Source: an uncultured Chloroflexia bacterium (lineage in GTDB: Bacteria > Chloroflexota > Limnocylindria > Limnocylindrales > CSP1-4). From it: a DNA stretch of 64,000 bases. The stretch lies in the NCBI GenBank assembly GCA_963819655.1, contig CAWFXA010000003.1, forward strand, positions 608,001 through 672,000, read 5' to 3'. The position numbers were made by a program, and so were the translations under genes. This document shows, one piece after another, positions 56,221-64,000 of this stretch. The notes under the pieces were generated by a model that was given only the letters and a program-made list of their open reading frames with translations, was not told the origin of the DNA and searched no databases. How positions within the stretch are numbered: position 1 is the first letter of the stretch; every line of letters begins with the position of its first letter.

Positions 56221-56712
56221 TTAGCGGTAGTTCTGGAACTGGAGCGGGACCGGCTCGTCGAGCTCGCGCAAGCGTGTGATGACCTTCTGGAGCTCGTCCT
56301 TGCTCTTACCCGAGACGCGGACCGCGTCGCCCTGGATCTGCGACTTGACCTTCGGGAACTCGTCGCGGATGAGCTTGGTCAGCCGTTTGGCGATCTCGTC
56401 GGTCAGGCCGCGGCGCAACTTGATCTCCTGGCGGACCTTGTTGCCGCCGGCGGGTTCCACCTTGCCCCAGTCGAAGATCTTGAGTGACAGGTTGCGCCGG
56501 ATCGCCTTCGACTCGACCAGGTCCTTGATCGCCGCGGCCCGGTACTCATCATCGGTCACGAGCACGATCTCGTCCTTCGCCTGCGTCAGGTCGACCGTGA
56601 CGCCCTTGAAGTCGTAGCGCTGACCGACCTCGCGACGCACCTGGTCGAGCGCGTTGCGCAGCTCCTGCTCATCGAAGTCGCTTACGACGTCGAACGAGAC
56701 ATCGCCTGCCAT
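56221..56712 (-). CDS. yajQ: YajQ family nucleotide (c-di-GMP)-binding protein
   Basis: SFDVVS, RYDFKG, QIQGDAVRVSGKSKDELQ, PLQFQNYR; AGGAGG RBS. Confidence 0.95.
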   Translation of the reverse strand: MAGDVSFDVVSDFDEQELRNALDQVRREVGQRYDFKGVTVDLTQAKDEIVLVTDDEYRAAAIKDLVESKAIRRNLSLKIFDWGKVEPAGGNKVRQEIKLRRGLTDEIAKRLTKLIRDEFPKVKSQIQGDAVRVSGKSKDELQKVITRLRELDEPVPLQFQNYR

Positions 56713-56737
56713 GAATCCTCCTTGCGTTACGCGGCTT

Positions 56738-57127
56738 TTACGCGCCGGCCGACGACTCGCGTCGATGCCACCATTCGCGGAAGCGGGCGATCCGCCCATC
56801 CGCCGCGATCTCCATCGTTAGAAAGCCGGCGAGGCGCACCCGGGCCCGATCGGCGCGGTTCACGTAGCTCGCGTGCCACGCCGCCAGCACGGTCGAGCCG
56901 GAGACCCAGTGACGCTCCACGGTGAATTCGACGTCCTGCTGGCGATCGGACTCTTCCAGAAGGTATGCCCGCACGGCATTGTGACCGACGACCGGCGGCT
57001 CGAACGGGTCCTCGCGGTACTCGACGTCGTCCGTGAACAGCTCAGTCCAGGCATCGCCATCGAACGACTCCCAGGCGCGGCCGTATCGCGCGAGCAGATC
57101 CTCGGCGGCGGCGTGATCCAGGTCCAT
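56738..57127 (-). CDS. SnoaL/NTF2-like protein
   Basis: LFTDDVEYREDPF, DGRIARFREWW. Confidence 0.85.
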   Translation of the reverse strand: MDLDHAAAEDLLARYGRAWESFDGDAWTELFTDDVEYREDPFEPPVVGHNAVRAYLLEESDRQQDVEFTVERHWVSGSTVLAAWHASYVNRADRARVRLAGFLTMEIAADGRIARFREWWHRRESSAGA

Positions 57128-57129
57128 CG

Positions 57130-58653
57130 TCAGGCCGTCTCCTCCAATCGTCGCAGCAGACCGGTCGCGATCCGGTAGCTGTGGCCTCCACCCATCACGA
57201 GGACGGCATCCCCGGGCCGAACCTCGCCGGCAAGCCATTCGGCCGTCGCGTCCACCGATCCGGGTGCTGCCACCGGGATGGCCCGTCCGAGTCGTGTCAC
57301 AGCCGCGGCCAGGTCCCCTGCCGACGCGATCGTCGTGTCCGGATCGCGGCCGGGCCAGATGTCTGCGATCGCGACCGCATCCGCGGTTGCAAGCGCATGA
57401 GCGAAATCGCTCGCCAGCGCTGCCGTCCGATGGTACGTCAGCGGCTCATAGACCGCCCACAGACGCCTGCTGGGCTCGCGCTGGCGGAGCGCGGCGATCG
57501 TCGCCCGGATGGCCGTCGGGTGGTGACCGTAATCGTCGTAGACGACGACTCCACCGGCCTCCCCCTTGCGTTCGAGTCGACGGCCGACACCCTCGAAGGT
57601 CTCGAGACCGCGCACGATCGCGTCCGGTGGTACCCCCAGCGTCGAAGCTGCCGCGGCCACGCCGAGAGCGTTCGCGGCGTTGTGGCGGCCGGCCGTCGGC
57701 AGGCGCGCGATGAGCGGCCGGGGCTGCGTCCCCAGTCCGTCGAGCTGCAGTGTCGTTCCGCCCGGGTCCTCGGCGATGATCCGGCCAGTCACGGCGAACG
57801 ACTGAGGCGCGGCCGATGCGGGGACCGGGTCTCCGTCGGCGAGCGCGACCGCGACCAACGCGCCGTGCGTGTCAGCCAGGCCATCGACGATCGTGGCGAC
57901 ACCTGGATCGGCCACGTTCGCGATGACCGTTCCGCCAGGTGGCATGCCGCGCAGCCACTCTCGGAACGCGTCGCGTACGGCGGCGGCGTCGGCGAAGATG
58001 TCGGGGTGGTCCCACTCCGCACTCGTGAGCACGGCGATGTCCGGCCGGTACGCGTCGAAGTTCCCGGCATACTCGTCGGCCTCGACGACGAACGGGGCGC
58101 CACGGCCGATCCGCGCAGTAGCCGCTGCACCCCCGGTCACCGTGCGCGGCAGCAGCGCACCGACGAACGCCGACGGATCGAGGCCGGCCCCCACGAGCAC
58201 GTGCACAAGCCAGCCCGCGGTCGTGCTCTTGCCGTGCGTCCCGGCGACGGCGACCAGAGTCCGCCCCGAGGCCGCGTCGGCGATGACCTGCTGCCACGCC
58301 TCGACCGGGATGCCGCGCTCGCGCGCGGCTCGCAGCTCCGGGTTGTCCGGGTCGATCGCGGTGAGCGCCTTCGTGACGGCCAGCCGTTCTGGCGACGGCT
58401 CCTTCGTGATATGGCTCGGATCGTGGAAGGTCGCGACCTCGATGCCGGCCTCCTCGATCGCGACGGTGTAGGGCGAAGCACCACCGGAGTCACACGCCGT
58501 GACGTCGGCCCCCGCCGCACGTGCGAGGAGAGCGGCCGCACTGGCACCCGCGCCACCGGCGCCGATCACATGGATGCGTTCGCCCTCTCGGATCGGGCGA
58601 GCGGCACGTACCGGGTCGAGGCCGGCTCCGATGGCCGCCGCGTCGCGGGTCAC
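57130..58653 (-). CDS. murC: UDP-N-acetylmuramate--L-alanine ligase (MurC/Mpl-type)
   Basis: IHVIGAGGAG, AGTHGKSTT, VEADEY, WDHPD, GVGRRLE, DDYGHHPTA, MGGG. Confidence 0.85.
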   Translation of the reverse strand: MTRDAAAIGAGLDPVRAARPIREGERIHVIGAGGAGASAAALLARAAGADVTACDSGGASPYTVAIEEAGIEVATFHDPSHITKEPSPERLAVTKALTAIDPDNPELRAARERGIPVEAWQQVIADAASGRTLVAVAGTHGKSTTAGWLVHVLVGAGLDPSAFVGALLPRTVTGGAAATARIGRGAPFVVEADEYAGNFDAYRPDIAVLTSAEWDHPDIFADAAAVRDAFREWLRGMPPGGTVIANVADPGVATIVDGLADTHGALVAVALADGDPVPASAAPQSFAVTGRIIAEDPGGTTLQLDGLGTQPRPLIARLPTAGRHNAANALGVAAAASTLGVPPDAIVRGLETFEGVGRRLERKGEAGGVVVYDDYGHHPTAIRATIAALRQREPSRRLWAVYEPLTYHRTAALASDFAHALATADAVAIADIWPGRDPDTTIASAGDLAAAVTRLGRAIPVAAPGSVDATAEWLAGEVRPGDAVLVMGGGHSYRIATGLLRRLEETA

Positions 58654-59153
58654 GTCGGCTGTCCGGTCAGACGGCTCAGGACGAGCTCCAGGGCTGCCGC
58701 GGCGCTCAGCCGCTTGTTCCCCGATCGATCGCTGTCCCACACGAAGCGACGCACGTCGCCGCCGTCGGCGTCCACGACAGCGACATAGGTCAACCCGACG
58801 GGCTTCGCGGCCGTCCCGCCGTCGGGTCCGGCTACCCCTGTGACAGAGACGGCGACATCGACCGAGAGCCGGCGGCGAACGCCCTCGGCCATCGCGCGCG
58901 CGACCTGTGCCGATACGGCGCCGTGTGCCTCGAGGACGTCCGCCGGCACGTCGACCAGACCGATCTTGACCTCGTTGGCGTACGTCACGAAGCCGCCGAT
59001 GAAATAGTCGCTCGAGCCCGGGACCTCGGTGATCAGGTGGGCGACCAGGCCGCCGGTGCAACTCTCGCCCGTCGCGAGCCGCACGCCCCGTTCCCGACAC
59101 GCAGCCCCGACGCGGGCGGCCAGGTCCACGAGATCTTGGTCCGAGGGTGGCAC
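58650..59153 (-). CDS. cinA: CinA C-terminal domain / NMN deamidase (PncC)
   Basis: ESCTGG, PGSS, TYANEVK, HGAVS, MAEG, TGVAGPDGG, KPVGL. Confidence 0.9.
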   Translation of the reverse strand: MPPSDQDLVDLAARVGAACRERGVRLATGESCTGGLVAHLITEVPGSSDYFIGGFVTYANEVKIGLVDVPADVLEAHGAVSAQVARAMAEGVRRRLSVDVAVSVTGVAGPDGGTAAKPVGLTYVAVVDADGGDVRRFVWDSDRSGNKRLSAAAALELVLSRLTGQPT

Positions 59154-59156
59154 CCG

Positions 59157-60509
59157 CTAACGGCGCTTGGTCATCACCGGCTCGTCAGGCGGTGCGAAGA
59201 GCCAGGTCTCCGGGGTGCCACGGCGGCCAAGGGCGCCGAGTGGCGTGCCGTTCAGCGTGAACTTCGTCGCACCCGACGAGCCCGTCCGCACCTCGATCGA
59301 CTCCTTGCCTGTGAAGGTCAGGGTCTTGCCGTCGGCGAGGACCTTGCCCGCCGGTCCGGTCTTAGGATCGAGCTTGCCATCGACCCAGACCTTCAGCCAC
59401 GCTCGGCCGCCGTCGATCGAGACCACCAGGTTGACGCCCTTGAACGCCACCGTGACAGCGCGCGTCAGAGATGTGGTCTTCCCTTCCGGGCTCGACGCAG
59501 TGACCGTGATGGCCCATTTGCCGGCCGTCAGCTCGAGTGGCGCACTGAACGTCCCGTCCTCGCCGACCTCGACCGTGACCGGCTTCGGCTGGGCGGGCGG
59601 GGCCGGGGTCGCGCCGCCCGCGGCCGCCGCAGCCGGCCCGGTGTAGGCGGCGCTGACCACCACGGAGCCGGCATTCGTCGTGCGGCCCTGGATGGGGATC
59701 GCCCCGTTCTCGTACGTGGCGCCGTCGGCGGGTTGCTCGACCGTGAGCGTCGGCGCCTCGATGACGCGGAACGGGACGGTGATGACCCGTTCGACCGGCG
59801 CCTCGGCCACCTTGCCCGTGGCCGGGTCGGTCGCTGAGATCGTGAACAGGTTCTCGCCGCGGCGGAGGTCGACATTGAGGGTCCAGCGCCCGGCGGAGTC
59901 GGCATTCGCGCGTGCCTCGACGTCCGCTGTCTTGATCGACACGGAGCCGCCCGGGATCGTCGTTCCCTCGAGCAGATACGACGTCGCATCCTCATCGACC
60001 TCGAGGACGGCCACGGCCGGGTCGCTGACGGCGATCGTGGGCGGCTTCGAGAAGCGGAGGAGCTGCATGCCGAGGTACCCCGCGAAGCCCAGCACGAATA
60101 GCGCCAGCAAGGCGAACACGATCAGGCTGGGCGAGAACGTCAGTCCGCGGCGTGGCGCGGCGATCGGCCGCGGCACCGAGATGACCTGTTGCGGCTCGCG
60201 CGGGTCGCCTCGTTCACGGCGCCACTGGAGCAGGACCTCGTCCGGATCGAGGCCGAGGTACAACGCGTAGTTGCGCAGGAAGCCCTTCGTGTAGACGGCC
60301 CCGGGCAGCTCGCGGTAATCGCCCCGTTCCAGGGCGGCCAGATACCGCGCCCGAATCTTGGTGTCACGTTCCGCGCGGTACAGGTCGACGCCCTTGCGCT
60401 CGCGCGCGGCGAGGAGGCGTTCGGGGAGCCCGGGCGCGCTGTCGCTGGCAGGAACGCGCGGCTCGCGTTCCGCCTCGACCCCTCGGCGGACATGATCCCT
60501 CGTCGTCAC
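59157..60509 (-). CDS. rodZ: RodZ-like protein (HTH_25, TM, two Ig-like domains, DUF4115-like)
   Basis: TKIRARYLAALE, GFLRNYALYLGLD, one TM, AWLKVWVDG...VRTGSSG...LNG. Confidence 0.8.
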   Translation of the reverse strand: MTTRDHVRRGVEAEREPRVPASDSAPGLPERLLAARERKGVDLYRAERDTKIRARYLAALERGDYRELPGAVYTKGFLRNYALYLGLDPDEVLLQWRRERGDPREPQQVISVPRPIAAPRRGLTFSPSLIVFALLALFVLGFAGYLGMQLLRFSKPPTIAVSDPAVAVLEVDEDATSYLLEGTTIPGGSVSIKTADVEARANADSAGRWTLNVDLRRGENLFTISATDPATGKVAEAPVERVITVPFRVIEAPTLTVEQPADGATYENGAIPIQGRTTNAGSVVVSAAYTGPAAAAAGGATPAPPAQPKPVTVEVGEDGTFSAPLELTAGKWAITVTASSPEGKTTSLTRAVTVAFKGVNLVVSIDGGRAWLKVWVDGKLDPKTGPAGKVLADGKTLTFTGKESIEVRTGSSGATKFTLNGTPLGALGRRGTPETWLFAPPDEPVMTKRR

Positions 60510-60641
60510 TCGGTCGTCCCGTCCTGCTCGCGCTCGGGTCCGGCGCGGTCGATCGGCTCCCGCGCCGCCCGAGCGACCGTTGTCGCGACAGGATACCCCA
60601 GCCCTCCAGCAGGCCCCGGACCAGGGCGTCGTACGGCGGCC

Positions 60642-63041
60642 TCAGTCGCCCGGATCATCGATGTCGTCGTGCGAGCGGAACCAGTTGTCCGGTCCGTAGA
60701 TCAGGCGCGGCGTCGCAGGATTCCGCGGATCCTGCGGCCCGATGATCCCGTAGCGCTCGAGCTCGTCCATCACCCGGCTCGCGCGCGCGAAGCCAAGCTT
60801 CAGCTTCGTCTGGAGCATCGAGGTGCTGGCACGCTGGCTGGTCGTGATGAGCTCTGCCGCCGGGACCGTCATCTCATCGACGCCGAGCTTGCGCAGCCAG
60901 GCGAACTGGCTGCCGTCGGAGCCATTCCCGTCCTCCGGGTCGGCGAAGGCGAGGATGCCCTCGTCGTAGAACGTCCGATCGCCCGTCTGGTCGAGCCAAT
61001 GCTGGGTGATCGCGCCGACCTCGCGATCGCTCACGAACACGCCTTGCATCCGGACCGGCCGCGGCAGGTCGACCGGCTGGTACAGCATGTCGCCACGACC
61101 GATCAGGTCCTCTGCACCCTGCGCGTCGAGCACGGTCCGTGAGTCCACGTTCGAGGCCATCGCGAACGCGATCCGGGACGGGACGTTGGCCTTGATGAGA
61201 CCGGTCACGACGTTCACGGACGGTCGCTGCGTCGCGAGGACGAGGTGGATGCCGACCGCGCGGGCCTTCTGGGCGATCTTCACCACGGGATCCTCGACCT
61301 TGCGACCCTCACGCATGATCAGGTCGGCCAGCTCGTCGATGATGAGCACGATGAACGGCATCCGCTCGCCGTCGTCGCTCGCCCCGCCACCCTCTGCGTC
61401 ATGGCGGGCATTGAACGCGGTGATGTTGCGCACACCGTGTGCGGCGAGGAGCTTGTAGCGATCCTCCATCTCGCGCACGGCCCAGTTCAGCACCGCCTTT
61501 GCCTCGTGTGGCTCGACGATGACGTGCTGGAGGAGGTGCGGCAGCCCGTTGTAGGGCGCCAGCTCGACGCGCTTGAGATCGACCAGGATCAGCCTCACCT
61601 CGTCGGGCCGGGCCCGCATGAGGAGGCTGGTGATGAGCGCGTTGACGCACACGCTCTTGCCCGATCCCGTGGCCCCGGCGATCAGCAGATGCGGCATCTT
61701 CGCCAGATCGACGGAGTACGCCTTGCCCGACACGTCACGACCGAGCGCGAACGTGAGCGGACTCGTCGAGTCGAGCATCACGCTCTCGTCGACGAGCGGC
61801 TTGAACCCGACGACCTCGCTGACCGAGTTCGGGATCTCGATGCCGACGACGTCCTTGCCCGGGATCGGTGCCTCGATACGGATCGATCGAGCGGCGAGGG
61901 CCATCGCGAGGTCGTCAGCGAGTGCCTCGATGCGCGACACCTTCACGTGATGCTCCGGCCGGACCTCGTACTGGGTGACGACCGGCCCCGAGTTGACCGC
62001 GACGACCTTGGCGGGGATCGAGAAGCTCAGCAGCTTCTCCTCGATCCGGCGCTTGTTCGATTCGTGGTCGACGCCGGCGCCGACGCGGCCGGCGGCACGT
62101 GGCTCGAGCAGGTCCGTGCCGGGCAGCACCCAGTCGATCGCGCTGAGCGACTCCAGAGCGGTCGGCTGTTCGGTGGCCACGGCCGTCGCGACGCGCGTCG
62201 CGCCGTTGCCGCTCGAGAGTCGCGCGGCCGTTCCACCCGACCCGCCGTCGAGCGGGCCGGTCCAGACCGTCTGGCTGACCGGCGACTGGCTGTGCACAGG
62301 CGCCGGTTCGTCGAGGATGCTCCGGGCAGCGGCGAGATCGCTGCCCGTCGCCATCGGGACCGGGGCAGGAGCCTTTGCGGGCGCCTCGCGGCGCCGGCCG
62401 TTGGTCGGAGGCGTCGCGGGCTTGGTCGGTCGCGCCTCGGCGACACGGCGCATGGACGCCGCGGTCGTCGCGCCAAGCCATCGCGCCGTCCCTGTCAGCG
62501 GGGAGAACAGCTCGCGCAGCTGCAGGTTGAACGCGAGCATCAGCCCCAGGCCGGCGATCGCCGCGAGCAGCACGAACGTGCCTGGGCCGGTCAGCAGAGG
62601 TTCGAGCGTCCCGGCCAGGAAGCGACCGATACGGCCGCCTCCGCGTTCGGCGTCGAACAGCTCGACCTTCAGGACCTCGAACGCGCCCAGTGCGGCCACG
62701 TACGCGAGCCCGAGACCGGCCAGCGTCATCCCCCAGCCCGAGCCGGGCTGGCGGCCGGGCCCGCCTGCCACGTACCACCCGCCGCCGAGCAGCAGGAACG
62801 GCAGCAGCCAGCGGCCGGTCTCAAACCACGGTGCGATCGAGTCCCGCCACCAGTCGGTGAGCGCACCTTGGCCGGGCAGGATCAGGGCGATCAGCGTGAT
62901 CGCGCCCAATGCCATCATCGTCGTCCCCACGATCGATCGGACGACCTCCGGTGTGAAGATCCTGGCCAGGTCCCGCGAGATGCGGCGCCGCGAACTACGG
63001 CTCCCGGACCGGGGAGCGGCCGAGCGACGGGGTTTGGCCAC
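60642..63041 (-). CDS. ftsK: DNA translocase FtsK/SpoIIIE
   Basis: 4-TM N-terminus, GPVVTQYE, RIEAPIPGK, PHLLIAGATGSGKS, IIDELADL, ATQRPS, gamma domain. Confidence 0.95.
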   Translation of the reverse strand: MAKPRRSAAPRSGSRSSRRRISRDLARIFTPEVVRSIVGTTMMALGAITLIALILPGQGALTDWWRDSIAPWFETGRWLLPFLLLGGGWYVAGGPGRQPGSGWGMTLAGLGLAYVAALGAFEVLKVELFDAERGGGRIGRFLAGTLEPLLTGPGTFVLLAAIAGLGLMLAFNLQLRELFSPLTGTARWLGATTAASMRRVAEARPTKPATPPTNGRRREAPAKAPAPVPMATGSDLAAARSILDEPAPVHSQSPVSQTVWTGPLDGGSGGTAARLSSGNGATRVATAVATEQPTALESLSAIDWVLPGTDLLEPRAAGRVGAGVDHESNKRRIEEKLLSFSIPAKVVAVNSGPVVTQYEVRPEHHVKVSRIEALADDLAMALAARSIRIEAPIPGKDVVGIEIPNSVSEVVGFKPLVDESVMLDSTSPLTFALGRDVSGKAYSVDLAKMPHLLIAGATGSGKSVCVNALITSLLMRARPDEVRLILVDLKRVELAPYNGLPHLLQHVIVEPHEAKAVLNWAVREMEDRYKLLAAHGVRNITAFNARHDAEGGGASDDGERMPFIVLIIDELADLIMREGRKVEDPVVKIAQKARAVGIHLVLATQRPSVNVVTGLIKANVPSRIAFAMASNVDSRTVLDAQGAEDLIGRGDMLYQPVDLPRPVRMQGVFVSDREVGAITQHWLDQTGDRTFYDEGILAFADPEDGNGSDGSQFAWLRKLGVDEMTVPAAELITTSQRASTSMLQTKLKLGFARASRVMDELERYGIIGPQDPRNPATPRLIYGPDNWFRSHDDIDDPGD

Positions 63042-63043
63042 GC

Positions 63044-64000
63044 TCAGACCTCGACCACGACCGGGAACACCATCGGACGGCGCTTGGTCTGTTCATAGAG
63101 GTACCTCGAGACCCCGTCCTTGATCTGGGTCTTGAGCAGGCCGATCTCGCTGATGTGGTCACCCGGCGTGTCGATCGCAGCGATGACGCGCTCGACGGCC
63201 TCGTCCATCAGCGGATCGCGCTCGTTGAGGTGGACGAAACCGCGCGTGACGATCTCAGGGCGACCGACCACCGAACCCGTCTGTTTGTCGACCGTGACGA
63301 CGATCATGAACATGCCGTCGTTCGCCAGGGAGCGGCGATCGCGCAGGACGATCTCCCCGACATCGCCGACCGACAGACCGTCGACGAACACGTAACCGGC
63401 GGTGACCGGGCTCCCGCGCCGGGCCGAGCCATCGGCATACAGCTCGATCGGCGTCCCGTTCTCGATGATGAAGACGTTCGACGGGTCGACGCCGGTCTCG
63501 ATCGCGAGCCGCCCGTGCTGGACCTGCATCCGGAACTCGCCGTGGATCGGGATGAAGTACTTGGGCTTCGTCAGGCCGAGCATCAGCTTGAGCTCCTCCT
63601 GGCTGGCGTGCCCGGAAACGTGCGCGCGCTTGATCGTGTGGTAGTACACGTTGGCGCCCGCCTTGAACAGGTTGTCGATGGTCCTGGAGACGTACTCCTC
63701 GTTGCCGGGGATCGGGCTCGCGCTCACGATCACGGTATCGCCCGGCTGGATCTCGACGAAGCGGTGATCGCGATTGGCCATCCTCGCGAGACCCGCCATC
63801 GGCTCGCCCTGGGCACCCGTCGTGGCGATCACCAACTGGGCGTCGGGGTGGTCCTTGATGCGGTCCTTCGAGACGATCCGCGACGGCTCATAGGTCAGGT
63901 ATCCGAGATCTGTGGCGATCCGGAAGTTCTGCTCCATCGAGCGACCGATCACCGACACACTGCGGTTCATGTCGGCGGCGGCGTCCAGGACCTGCTGGAT
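63044..64000 (-). CDS. rnj: Ribonuclease J, 5' part outside the window
   Basis: TTGAQGEP, PIPGNE, HVSGHA, PIHGE, LRDRR, KRRPMVFP. Confidence 0.95.
   Translation of the reverse strand: MQQVLDAAADMNRSVSVIGRSMEQNFRIATDLGYLTYEPSRIVSKDRIKDHPDAQLVIATTGAQGEPMAGLARMANRDHRFVEIQPGDTVIVSASPIPGNEEYVSRTIDNLFKAGANVYYHTIKRAHVSGHASQEELKLMLGLTKPKYFIPIHGEFRMQVQHGRLAIETGVDPSNVFIIENGTPIELYADGSARRGSPVTAGYVFVDGLSVGDVGEIVLRDRRSLANDGMFMIVVTVDKQTGSVVGRPEIVTRGFVHLNERDPLMDEAVERVIAAIDTPGDHISEIGLLKTQIKDGVSRYLYEQTKRRPMVFPVVVEV

Noticed and set aside
1-64000. tRNA, rRNA, tmRNA and IS elements
   Set aside because: No cloverleaf with T-loop GTTCGA in an intergenic context, no rRNA-like tracts and no transposase ORFs were seen by eye; tRNAscan-SE and ISEScan would be needed to confirm absence.

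Overview
High-GC bacterial chromosomal window, gene-dense (about 70 CDS), with no rRNA, tRNA, CRISPR array or transposase detected. Gene content and style (Pro/Ser-rich lipoproteins, ECF sigma factor plus kelch anti-sigma, many leaderless genes) suggest a soil or sediment Chloroflexota such as Limnocylindria/Ellin6529; this is inference only. The left 55 kb is accessory stress, detoxification, DNA-repair and signalling genes: split LigD, UvrA2, AlkD, AlkZ-like, WYL and ArsR regulators, VOC proteins, F420 enzymes, a P450, two class III cyclases and a dynamin-like GTPase pair. The right end is a core cluster (rnj-ftsK-rodZ-cinA-murC-SnoaL-yajQ-TPP enzyme). Main observations: (1) an unannotated leaderless Cys/His-rich leader peptide (MTRTHHHCMCHAAAEQGRWCR) with a full terminator/antiterminator layout upstream of a YnjE-like sulfurtransferase, a candidate cysteine-sensing transcription attenuator; (2) an orphan CpaF/TadA pilus ATPase fused in frame to a catalytically degenerate Rid (YjgF/RidA) domain; (3) a four-unit REP-like repeat cluster with 62-bp spacing; (4) an unannotated 34-aa membrane protein after yajQ. 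Four single-base frameshifts and a probable fifth suggest uncorrected long-read indels. All calls are by eye; no database search was run.
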